DNA from: Adineta vaga
Taxonomy: Eukaryota > Animalia > Rotifera
Direction: 5' to 3'
Assembly (NCBI GenBank): GCA_021613535.1
Contig: CP075493.1
Location: 10,354,001-10,418,000, forward strand
DNA length: 64,000 nt
In this document: positions 26,456 to 38,660 of the stretch, one piece after another
Layout of the letters: each line of letters starts with the position of its first letter
How positions within the stretch are numbered: position 1 is the first letter of the stretch
Made by a program: the position numbers and the translations under genes
Notes under the pieces: model-generated
The model's input: only the letters and a program-made list of their open reading frames with translations
The model's database searches: none
Told to the model about the DNA's origin: nothing

Positions 26456-29100
26456 CTAATCAAGGAAAGGAGACCATGCTGATTCATTAACACAATCAAA
26501 TGATTCATAACGTTCTTCTTCAATTGGTGTACATGTTGATGTTCCAGCTATGATCCATTCTTCCTTAACAGAAGTATCTCGAATTAATGATAAATGCGTA
26601 AAAGGTATATCGGTCGATTCATTTGACAGCGTCTAAATAATAGAAAAATTTCCAGTCTTCATCGAAATTAATTTATATTTATTCTTACCGATTGGAATTT
26701 GTACATTGATTTGTAAAGACCTTCGTCGATTTGTTCCCAATCAATTCTTGATCGAATAGAAAAAAATGGATGATTACGAAGAAGACCATGTGGTGAAGTA
26801 GTTGAACCTAAACGGTTTTTCGGATCGATCTCTAATAAACCACGTAAACATGACCGAGCTTCAAAACTTATATCAGGAGTTAATCGAGCAATGGCATTCT
26901 TTATTTCATGACGCATTGATTCTTGATCAGTTTCAGACAATATTCGAAACTTAAATTCATCTTCTGTACCGCACAACATTTGTCCAAAGACCAAGCCAAG
27001 ATTCCAGTAATCAACAGAATAATTATAACCATTCCTTGTTGAATTTCCATTTATAATTTGAATCTAAAAATAAATCCAATAGTAAAAATTCAATGAATTC
27101 TTCACTCAAAAGACAATAGTGAATCTTACTTCAGGTGGTAAATATAGGGGTGTTCCACAAATTGTATGACGATATTGATTAGGAGTTTCTAATATTCCTC
27201 CAAGTCCATAGTCAACCAAACGAACATGACCAGCAGAATTAATGATTATATGTTCAGGTTTTAGATCTCTAAAAATTCGACTGATAGATAAAACAATCAC
27301 TTTCGATCATTTACTTTACCGATAAATAATTTGGTTCGAATGTAAATATTGTAATACAGAAATTATTTCCGCAAGATAAAATCCAATTTCTTCTTCATTC
27401 ATACGTTTTCGTTGAATTTTAACGCGTAATGTATCACCATCGATCAATTCGATAGCAAGAAAAAGCATTTTCTAGAAATTTTCCAAATTAAAATATCATT
27501 TTTCTATAATCTTCAATCAACTTACACCACAATGAAATGAAAAATAACCATTAATCATATAGGGATTTCTATGACTATAATCAAAAAGAATTTTTCTTTC
27601 GATTTCAAGCTGAGTTCGTGCATCATCAATTGAACCATCAACCACTTTCATAGCAAGATATTCTTGAGATGGACGATGTTGAACACAATAAACTTTTCCA
27701 TAACAACCGCTACCAATTCGACCAATACATTTAAAATCGAGAAATTTTGGTAATAATGATATAGTTGGTGATTCAGGCGGAGTAGGAGGAGGAGTCAGAG
27801 ACAACTTTTTACACATTGCTGGAACATTTAATTCACAATTTTTATGAATAATAAAAGGACATTCTAAATAAAAGTTAGTCTCATTAGGAGAAATCTTATT
27901 AAATAATCAAAAAGCATTTCGATAAGCTTCATATGAATCACCATCTTTTTCTAACTATTTTAGTGACAATCTAAATTACATTTGTCATTCAAATTTCATA
28001 CAGAATCGATTAATTTAATAGGAAATATTAAGAATATCAAAAACTTACGCTATTCGTTTCAATATATATATATTCAATCAAATCTTGAGATTAATCATTA
28101 TTATAAGCAATTAGTAGATAGTTTGAAGATTAGTAAGATATGGACTTTTCATTTCTTACGTGTACATTTCAAAGCATGTCGAAAAACTAATGAACCACAA
28201 TGATTACAATATTTGTCTTCGCCGGGAATTAAAGTTTTGAAAAGTGATATAGAATATGTTGTAAAGTTATGTGCCTTTGAAACTTGACTTTTTGCACCCT
28301 TCTAATACGATAAGTAAAATTTCGAAAATATGTGAAAATATTTAATAAAACCTTTAGTGAGTTCTGGCAATCAAATGGAATTTTGTCACGACATTTTCGA
28401 TGTGTAACTAATGAACATTTTGAACATTTAAGACCTTGACGATAAAGTCCCCTGTAAACAAATATTCATCGTAAACATTTACAAAAAAATTTCAGATATG
28501 AATATACCAAATAAATTTACGACATACAGCACATGAAACAGGTTCATTGAATTGAAAAGTTTGCATTGGATGACCTTGATATATATGTTGTTTCACTGTG
28601 TTTTCTAATAATTGAATAGTGAAATGAAATGTATAATGTTGCTCTATGACCGCCTAAATAAACTCAACTAGAAGATAATTAAATCAACAATTATCTTACG
28701 CTTCGTGTGAGTTCTGGAAACGAATCCTGTTTATACCCAGAATCACAAATGTACTGTTCAATGAGCTTAATTCGTGATAATGTTATATCCCCGATTGGTT
28801 TTCCTAATTTGGATTGAATGAATAAGATTTGACAATATTCATCATTGTTCAACAAATCAAATGTTTCATCAAACGCAAGAATAACTGATGATTTGGAATC
28901 TTTTTCTTGAAGTTTTATCTCAGATGCTAGTAAATCAAAGAAGAAATCGAATTATTCATTTAAACTTTTTGAAATAATAGTTTACTCGAAGGTTCGGCTA
29001 CTCCTGCTAATTTTTTAACATAGACAACCAATTTAGGAATTGAACGATTGGCTGCATCTTTGAAAGATAGAAAACGAATACGTAAAGCATTGTTTGACAT
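26456..29100 (-). CDS. Divergent novel PKC (delta/theta-like): C2-like, two C1 domains, AGC kinase domain; multi-exon
   Basis: MSNNALRIRFLSF (cf. PKC-delta N-terminus); C1A HPMQTFQFNEPVSCAVCRKFIWGLYRQGLKCSKC...HRKC; C1B; kinase IGSGCYGKV, LAMK, YRDLKPEH, DYG, TICGTPLYLPPE; AGC tail YESFDCVN. Confidence 0.78.
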
Positions 29101-29350
29101 CTGAAATAATCCATTCAAAATTAAAGATCTATATTTCAAAATATATCTTGATTCAGCTAGCCATATCATCAAGTGAATGCACAGAGAAGAATCTATTCTT
29201 ATTCTTACAACTTTCACATCTTGAGGGCATTGACTCATTTCTCTATGATCACCTGAAAGATGAAATAATAAACATCAATCAAGAGTAGAGTTATTTATCG
29301 TACGAAACAAACAAAAAGCAGTTTTCACAAGAAAAGAATAAGCATTATTT

Positions 29351-30981
29351 TTATGATGGTGGATTCTGTTGTTTTCGTAATCGAGCTCTTTCTGCTGGAT
29401 TATAGATTTGAGGAGATGGCCGAGCTTTTGCTTGAGCACTTGAATTCTATTCAAAACGAATATCTTCAATGAAGTTTTCTATGAAAAACAAATCATTTCA
29501 TACCTTCTGCATTCCACCCGATGGAGGTCTGTTGGACGGACGAGGTCGTTCCTCATTTGGAGTATTTTCACTGGTATTACTTGTTGCTTCTGCAGATGCA
29601 ACTTCACGTTTTGGTTGACTTTCTGCTTGTGAAGATTCTTCAGTGTTAGATTTTGCACTTAAAATAGTTTTGGGTTCTTTTGTAGTTTGTTGTTGTTGTT
29701 GTTGTTGTTGTTTAGGTTTAGGATTATGTGATTCACGATTTTTCGATGATTTGTTACTACCATAATCATTAGCATTCGATCGTTTCTATTTTCGCAAACA
29801 AGAATAAAATACTGCGCATGTATATAGTTGTATTACCTGTTCGTGAGCTGAAGAACGATAATCTGATTTATCATAGCCACGTTGTTGACGACTAAATCAA
29901 AAGAAAGAACATTTAAAAAAATATTTTATCAAAAATTTTGCACTATGGATTTAATAGCATACTTTGATCGATCATTACCACTACCATAACGCATAGAAGA
30001 GTTATAATCATCTTCATTTCTCGATAATGGTTTATTATTTCGACGTTGTTGATTTTGTTGAATGCGCATCATTTTTTCCTACATTTATTAAAATCATAAA
30101 GAGAAAAGAAAGAATTAATTTTTTTTCTACAAACCTGTTTCTTTTCTTCACGTTTTCGTTTGAGAAATTCTAAGAGCGGTGTTGTAGTACTACCTGATTT
30201 ACTCTTGCTTTCTATGAAAAATACTAATTAGAATTATTTCCTAGATCAATTGGAATCTACCTTGAATATCTCGTTGTTTCTTTTCGATTTCTTCAAGAAT
30301 TGTTTCTGCATTAGGTAATGCTTCTGAAGCACTTATTGGTGCATTCATATTTGCTACAAATGTTTGATATTCTGGATCTAAAGAAAACTCGACAGATTAA
30401 ACATGTTCAAGTAATACGTTGAACTTACCTTGCTCGAATGAATTCACTTTTGGATCTCGTCGTGATGGTTGATCGGATTGAGGTCGACTTTGATTTGGTG
30501 CATATTCCACTGAACAAATATATTCATTACCTAATATAAAAGTACGTAAATAATTGATAAATGAAAAAGAACTCTTAAATACCATTCTTATCGACAAAAA
30601 CATAGCCTTGAAATTTTTCTGTAAAAACAATCAGATCCTGTCGATTAGGAATATTGAGATAAGCACGAGAGAATGCATATTGTTGACCCAAACTTAAAGA
30701 AAACGATTTTAAAACAAATTGATGAATGCAAAAGTAGGATACCTTAAATCAGCTTTACAGAATCGATAATAATCGTGATCAGGAAGTGGTGATACAGATT
30801 CAAGAAACTGTTCACTAGTTAATGTTGGAGGTAATCGCCGAAGAACAATCTAAATGAAAATTTTGCAATAACAGAATGAGAAAGGATTCGATTGAGTTAC
30901 TTTAGTCTGATTTTGATCATTAAATGATTTATTATTTGACGATGATTGCTGTTTTGTACCTGTACGAGCTCCGTCTACCAT
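29351..30981 (-). CDS. UPF3: Regulator of nonsense transcripts 3 (UPF3/Smg-4), multi-exon
   Basis: KIVLRRLPPTLTSEQF...AFSRAYLN...FQGYVFVDKNGNEYICSVEYAPNQ (Smg4/UPF3 RRM), TTPLLEFL, and a C-terminal EJC-binding-like motif KARPSPQIYNP. Confidence 0.92.
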
Positions 30982-31402
30982 GACGAATTTAGTTTTTAAA
31001 AAATCAAATATTGCAAATTTTTTGAAGTGCTTCCTATACGATTAAGACAACAGCGCAGCGCAGACAGCAGCAGCAACCAGCAATAATAATAGTGTAAGTA
31101 CAAATGGTTTCATCAAATCAACCGATTGTAATAAGTACCTGTAGATGGAGCAATTAATAGCTGTATTTCAATCCATAAATTCTCAAAGATCCGTTTGTTG
31201 TTGATAATCTTTAACTATATATACCAGTACATATTGCTAATGGATGCTTTGAGTTTTTTCTCGTAAATAAAATGAAAAAGAGAGAAGTTCTTCTCTTATA
31301 TGACATTTTATGATCTCATATTCTTATCAGAAATGAAGTATACAAAACGAAGATTTTCTTTCCATCACTAGACATAAACCAGTTTACTCAATTGCTTTTC
31401 AC

Positions 31403-32623
31403 ATGATTCTCATCTATATTAGTAAGTTTTGTACTGATTATAGTCAAGTGAAACTTATTGATCCTAATTTTTCTTGAAGTTTTTGCTTTACATTCATTTT
31501 TATCAATCGATGCCATCGATCTGAAATCGTGTGCTAAATGGAATACGACAGGAGTGACAATAATCGGTAGTAACTCGCCTGGCAATGCTTCTCATCAATT
31601 AAATCAACCACAAGGAATGTTTCTTCATGCTGCAACAAATTCTTTATATGTGGTTGATACAGGAAATAATCGTATTCAAATGTTTCTGCTCGATCAACCA
31701 TCGACAACAGGTAGTACTGTCATAGCAAATCTAGGTTCGATGTATGCTGTCTATGTGGATGATGATATGACGATGTATATTGCTCGTCGATTTGAAAATC
31801 GTGTAGAAAAATGGATAAAGGGTACATCACGTGGTGAACAAGTGGGTGATCAATGTAAACAATGTCGTGATGTGAAAATGGATCGAGAAAAAAATATCTA
31901 TATGATTGAATCAGGTACACATACACTACGAAAGTGGTCAACGAAAACAAATACATCTACTCGTGTTGCTGGTCGAACTGATGAATTAGGACGTACAATA
32001 GAGCGTCTCTATTTTCCAGCAAATTTCTATTTGAATTCGGAAAGTAATGTTTTGTATATAACAGATACAATGAATAATCGAATTCAAAAATGGAATTTAA
32101 GTTCATCAGAAGGTATAACTGTTGCTGGTGCAAATGATGGTCATTCAGGTAATGATGCGTCAACTTTAGCCAATCCATTGTATGTATGGGTGGATGAAAC
32201 TACTAATATAATCTATATTGTTGATACTGATAATGATCGCATTCAACGATGGTTACCAAATCAATCGGTTGGTACAACAATTATTGGTGAAGCAGGTAAC
32301 TTATTTTGTGTCAAAGATTTAATCACTGCGTTTCTGCTAGGTAGGGGTAATGCAAATAATCAATTAAAACGACCAACTGCTTTGACATTTGATAAGCTGG
32401 GTAATCTGTATGTTTGCGATAGTAAGAATCATCGAATTCAATTGTTTGCATTAATTGACAATCAAGCATGTATAATCAATCATTCACATTCACTTTTCGT
32501 CAAGTAAATAACAAAAACTATGAATATTCCTTTCTCATCAAATAGAATGTATCTTGTAGGACAACAATAGTGATCAATTTAACTGGTTTTCTAGTTATAT
32601 CATGGATATTTCGGAACTTGTAA
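31403..32623 (+). CDS. Secreted NHL-repeat protein with probable C-terminal hydrophobic (GPI-like) tail
   Basis: Exon 1 (ATG 31403, MILIYI) splices to the 31458 ORF and supplies a signal peptide. NHL repeats LYVVDTGNNRIQ, LYITDTMNNRIQKW, LYVCDSKNHRIQ. In-frame intron 32296-32340. Last exon encodes TTIVINLTGFLVISWIFRNL*. Confidence 0.8.
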
Positions 32624-33077
32624 TTTCATAATGACATAAACGTTTATTTGTTTGACATATCTCATCGAACAATAAATCTGTTTTTTTTTAAGCATAACAA
32701 AACAATAAAAGAGCAAAGATAGATATACACACACACAAACACATCCATCTCACCGTCCATTTTTTGCTTTTGATAGAAGAAAATCATATAACAAGAAAGA
32801 AAAGAAAAAACAATAAAAATGATCGAATCGGAAGCGTTGAACTATCGTAGGAGAATATAAATATGTGCTTTTTTTGTGTTTTCAAAAATCTTAGTAACCG
32901 AAACAACAACAATAGTAATAATAATGATCTATGTAAAGAAAGGTAAGTCCTAACTAACTAGAATAAAATGCGCAGTCATCAAGAACATGCGAAAAGTTAA
33001 CTTCAATAGAAATAAATATGTAACATTAGAAAGAAATAGAAAAAACCTTCGTCGATGTTTGATATTTCTGTTCTGTA

Positions 33078-34181
33078 TTAGGCATCATTTCGATTTTGAA
33101 TCGGTACAATGCGTTTCACTTGAACAGTATATTGTTCATCTTGTTCACGTTCAGGCCATTCTCCAATATCATTAACTGAAAATGTTTGTTGTTGATTTAA
33201 TGCTTGTTTCCACCAACTATCATTTGCTGTATAACGATTCTCATTTTTTGGTATTAATTCACAAACTTCAATAGGTTCAGGAGCTGGTGTTGGTTGAGTT
33301 GATGGTTCAACTTCGGATTCAACTTTATTTGTTGTTGGTACCGAACGCTTTTTTTTCAATGCAGATGGTGATGATTGAGGATTGACTGTTGATGTTTCAG
33401 TTTTACCTTTGTTTCGATTACGATTATTAACCTGAATTAAAAAAAGAGAGGAAATAACTCGATCAATTTAAATAAAATTAAGATTGAAAAAATAAAACAA
33501 ACCTGTTTAGTACTTTGTGTAACCCATTGTCCATCATCTTCTTGATCATTAACATTTTCCCCATCAACAATTGGTGTAGGTTTAACTTCTGGACTAGTTA
33601 TGACAGGTTGTTTCTTATTTGAAACCGAGCCATTCACCTTATTGGTAGCATTTCCTGTTGTTGAAGTTCCACCAGTTTTTGATTGTTTCTTTTTGTTATC
33701 TCCACTTTTTTCTTGCACATCAGCATTCTTTGTTGAAGTAACTGTTTTCTTATTGTCATTGGTTGGAACTACTTTTTTATCTTTTGTTACTTGATTTGAT
33801 GGATTTGCCTAAATAAATAACAAAGTTATTTTCAACTTTTATCATCGTCGTAAATAAAAAACAAACCTTTTTTGTTTGTAAAACTAATGTTGCCTTTTCT
33901 TCTTCGCTTTCTTCTGATTGTGTACTTGGTGATGATGATGAAACTGGAACTACGTTCTTCTTTGCTTTTGTAGTCTTCTTTTTATTACCAGATGTTGTTT
34001 CAGTGGGCTGCTTTTTTGTTGTTGATTTTTTCTCATTCTTTGTATGTTGTTTGGATTTTGTTGAGAAAAAGAAAACTCGACAGGCAATTGTCGAAATTAA
34101 TATTACAGCTAAAACACCTCCGGATACAATCGATAATGGAACATTACGAGTTAATTGTTCAAATAAGGATACTGATTGCAT
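33078..34181 (-). CDS. N-terminally anchored single-pass membrane protein with Lys/Thr-rich disordered tail (LYRIC/MTDH-like architecture), 3 exons
   Basis: TM IVSGGVLAVILISTIACRVFFF followed by K-rich low-complexity sequence and Trp motifs (DDGQWVT, SWWKQAL, IGEWPE). The three ORF-track pieces join through GT-AG introns. Orthology not established. Confidence 0.6.
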
Positions 34182-34531
34182 CTTTGAAGTAGTAATAAAT
34201 CGACTACTGTACAGAGTAAATTAAAGAAAAGAATATAGATCGAATATACTCTAGACTAGCTTTTATATTCGAGAGGTATTCTATCGAATCAAGTTGGGGT
34301 CGTCGTCATCATTCGATACCGTTCAATTTATAAGAAGAACTTATTAAGAATATTAATAAAATAATTTATAAATATGAAATTCATGTGATTAACATTCTCT
34401 GAGATATTTGAAGTATAGATGTCACTCGAAGTAATAAACTTGAAGTATTGTTGTTATTGGATATTTGACGTTTGAAACTAGTCTTCTCTTATTATTACTT
34501 ACTTGAAATCTGCGATCGAATTCTTTTGATA

Positions 34532-34774
34532 ATGCGAGCTTTGTATCGTATTCCATTATTAGCTATATCAACACTTCTACTATGTAAGAAACAAACAGAT
34601 AAATAATTGTCTTTTATGATGATCTTCTCTTTTAATTTAGTAAAATGTCTAAAAAAGTTAGAAGAAATGAATGATTATGTTCGATCACCTCCACCTGTTA
34701 AATCAACTGAACAACCAGCATCAAGACCACCACGTTTTGTTAAAAGTGTGATACCTAGAAATGATGAAAGATAG
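34532..34774 (+). CDS. Small two-exon ORF (~62 aa) with hydrophobic N-terminus
   Basis: ATG 34532, GTAAG donor at ~34584, TTTAG acceptor at 34640. Spliced product MRALYRIPLLAISTLLLLKCLKKLEEMNDYVRSPPPVKSTEQPASRPPRFVKSVIPRNDER*. Confidence 0.5.
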
Positions 34775-34883
34775 ATTCATTTAAAAAATCATATAGTTGT
34801 TCTACACACCCAAAGAATAGAACAATTGAATGTTGCTGTTTGTCAATCTTTAGGATAATTTTATTCTTTTAGATGTCGAATGA

Positions 34884-37800
34884 ATGACGTGGATAATAGT
34901 TCTCCTCTTCTGCTTGGCTACAATATTTGAGCCTTTTCAGTTAGGTTTGTATACAGTGGAAAATATCAGTTTATAATTGACCGATTTCTTTATATTAGTG
35001 AATAGTTATTCACTGGCATCTTTTGGTATTAAATCGTACAGAATTATTCGTGCAATTCATGATGAAACAAAAACAGATAAACAAAGATATAAACGATCAA
35101 ATATCGAGAACAATGTACAAAGAATTCTTACACTAGAATTAGATCATAAGTAAGAGATTTCAAAGGTTGATTTAATATATCATGTTTATCGTGTCATGTT
35201 TAGAAATATTACATTAGTTTTAAAGAATACAAATGAATTCTTTACTACCAATGCAGACATACATTTCGGATCAGAAACTTTTCTTCCAATTAATTCGTCA
35301 ATACTTTATGAAGGCTATGTGTTAGGTAAAGAATTTTTCTAGTGATGCATCAACTATTTTCACTAGTATAAATGAACATCATTTCTTTTAGATCAACCTG
35401 ATACTTCATATGTTACCGGTGGATTTTATTCAAATTCGTTTGATGGTATCATAAAACTATCCAATGAAACTTGGCATATTGAACCAACACGGAAATATAA
35501 TATTTCACTATTTGATAATGGTTCATCGATCATTTACAATGCATTGGATGTTGATATGACAACATACAATGATAATGAAGCATTTCGATATAAACGATAT
35601 ATAAATGAAGAATCATCTTTTTGTGGACTTGATGATAAGAAAAAACGAGAACAAATGCGAGAAGAATCTGAACATTTAAATGAAGAGGAAGATAGCAGCT
35701 TTGCTTTTAAATCTCGATATAGACGATCAACAACGAATTCCGAACAAACCTGTTGTCATATTTATATACGTGTTGATCCAACTCTCTGGGATATTGTTTA
35801 TAAAAACGAAGGACTCAATGTATGAAGCAATTTTTTGCTAGAGCAACTAATTTAATTGTTTTCTGTCTAGGAAAAAGAAGCAACCATTCATGCACTAGTT
35901 ACATTTTTACATCGAACCGTGTCAGCTGCAAATGCACTCTATCGTTCTGTAAAATTTCAATCTAATAAAGATTATCTCTATCGTTTTACATTAAGAATAA
36001 AACGCATTCGAGTAAGGTCTTGTTTACTTGCCGATCTGAATTAATTTTATGTTTTGCTTTTCGTAGATTGTCACACCAGACGATTGTCAACAGAAGAATA
36101 TAAGTATCAGTGAAAAAAATATATGCCGACCCTATCTTGATTCGAATGTTTTCTTAACTTGGCATTCTGCAGAAAATTTTGCTGAATATTGTTTAGCATA
36201 TATCTTTTCGGCAAGAGATTTTGGTGATGGTACATTAGGTTTAGCATGGATGGGAAGTATTATGCCGAGTAAGTCTGCCATTTAAATTGTTTAACGATAT
36301 CAGTTTTTTTATTCTAGATAGTCGTGGAGGTATTTGTGAAAAACCGGCAAAAGATATTTACGAAGGACAACGGATTATTAAAACATTGAATACTGGAATG
36401 ATTACAATTATTAATCATAATACTCGAACATCAGCACTGATGACTGAATTAACATTTGCTCATGAAATTGGACATAGTCTAGGAGCAGAGGTCAGTTTTT
36501 CTGTTACTGTATCTCTTCTTCATTGTTTTTGTTTTCTAGCATGATGATGAGACATGTACAGGGATGATAATCATGGTCATTTTATCATGTATCGAAGAGC
36601 AACAACTGGTCTGGAAGAAAATAATAATAGATTTTCGAACTGTAGTTTAGAAAAAATGGGCTCTGTAGTGATTGCAGTTAAAAATAATTTACATGGTAAA
36701 GTCAATTGTTTAACAGGTATTTATTTCAGCACAAAAACAAAGATATTGCATTGAACTAATTTTTGTTGTATAGAATGTTCGCAAAGTGGATATTGTGGAA
36801 ATCGAAACGTTGAAGATGGTGAAGAATGTGATTGTGGATTTGTTTCGGAATGTACAGATCATTGTTGTTATCCAGCAGATGGACCAGATCCAAAATTAAG
36901 TTGTAAATTGAAGCCAGGTGCTCGATGCAGGTAATCAAAAAAACAAATCCCTTTTATTTTCATGAAATATTTCATATTTCAATTATTTTAGTCCATCGAG
37001 GGGACCCTGTTGTTCAGATCAATGTACATACCATTCAACAACACATATATGTCATAGAGATAGAGCAAGTCAAGATTGCATTGGCAATGTTCGATGCGAG
37101 TAAGATTCTTATTCTCAAAAAAACAATATGATTAGTTTGATTTTATTCGTAGTGGTATTCAATCAATATGTCCCCTCAATGATACACAATATTTCAAAGC
37201 AGTTGATACACCATGTAATCAATATACAGCATTGTGTGATCGAGGAGTATGGATGGATAAACAAATTTTATTTTATATCCATCGTATTGTTTTCGTTAGG
37301 AATGCAATAAAAGTATATGTACATTGATTGGAAAAACAGAATGTACATTAACGATACCAAATGTAGTAGAACCATTACGCCAACGTGGAATTGATCGAGA
37401 ATATTTATGTCATATTGGATGTTTTGAACGTAAGAACATTTATCGTAGATTTTCCCCCCAGAAAACAAAATATGTTTAATTTCCTTTCTAGCGCGAACAA
37501 ATTCATGTATTGATACACAAACTCTGGAAATGCCTAATAATCATAGTAAAACGGGATTTGGTTATAAACATCGACCAGGTTAATATATATAATCAATCTT
37601 TTTCATTTTATTTATATTGCTAGCTTGTAGGACATGCATGCGCTGGAACAGCTGGTTATTGTGATGTTTTTGGTAAATGTCGTGCCGTTGATGCTGAAGG
37701 TCCATTGACTCGATTGAAAAATATGCTACTTAGTGAAGCAAATATTCGCACACTGACTGAACTCACTCAGGTTTGTCAAATGGTAAACCAAAGTCTTTGA

Positions 37801-38147
37801 TAACTGATGTTTCCTTTTCTTAGGATTATTGGTGGGTATTAATATTAGGTTGTTTGGGTTTACTTGGTTTTATAAGTATATTTGTGAAAATTTGCTCAGT
37901 GCATACTCCATCATCAAATCCACGTTTCAAACCAGCTCGATCTATATCATTTACACATGGAGTATGTTTTTTATTGACAATGATCAAATTTGTCTCTGTA
38001 TCGTTCATATTATTTTAGTCTCGTGATCATCGAATTACACGTTTTCCAAAATCTCCATCATCATTGAGTGGAATTGAACTTGATTCCATTCCATCACATC
38101 AAATACGACCACGGTCAGATAATCAAAACAATAATTCTCATCTTTAA
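34884..38147 (+). CDS. ADAM10: ADAM10/Kuzbanian-like metalloprotease-disintegrin, multi-exon
   Basis: Signal [12 protein letters not shown]; furin-like site RYRR; [13 protein letters not shown]; zinc motif [12 protein letters not shown]; disintegrin [15 protein letters not shown]; [18 protein letters not shown]; TM followed by [10 protein letters not shown]. Confidence 0.88.
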
Positions 38148-38660
38148 TTAATATTCCTGGTCAGAACAGTACTATTTCATATATGTTGATGGTGACTTCG
38201 ATCAGATTTATTTCTTCTCATTCATCTCTTTTTTCCATATAGTCAACTGGTGTTTTCTATTTTCTACGCATATACTTATTCACTTTTAAAGTGATACTTG
38301 GTTTTCGTTGTTTTTGTTTCGGTGTATTGTATCTTTACTCTATAATAATAATTGTTTTGAATAAACATCGACAAGCTGTAGTGCCTTGTAACATAACTAT
38401 TTCGAAATATCCCGCTAATAACAGTGATATATTTTGTTTTCAAATAAATGAACTTATGTATGAATGTAAATGTATACAGGAGACGATAAAAGACTATCTT
38501 TTAAAAAAAGCAAAATGTCTAGCAACACGAATTTGTGTCTGGTTGAACGAAAAGAATTAAAATGCCGTTAAAAAGAGAAACATGAATAACCACAAAGAAT
38601 AAATGCTACCAATGATGTAGCGTATAGAATTGGAATTCAAACTGTTTTGGAGATGAAAGT

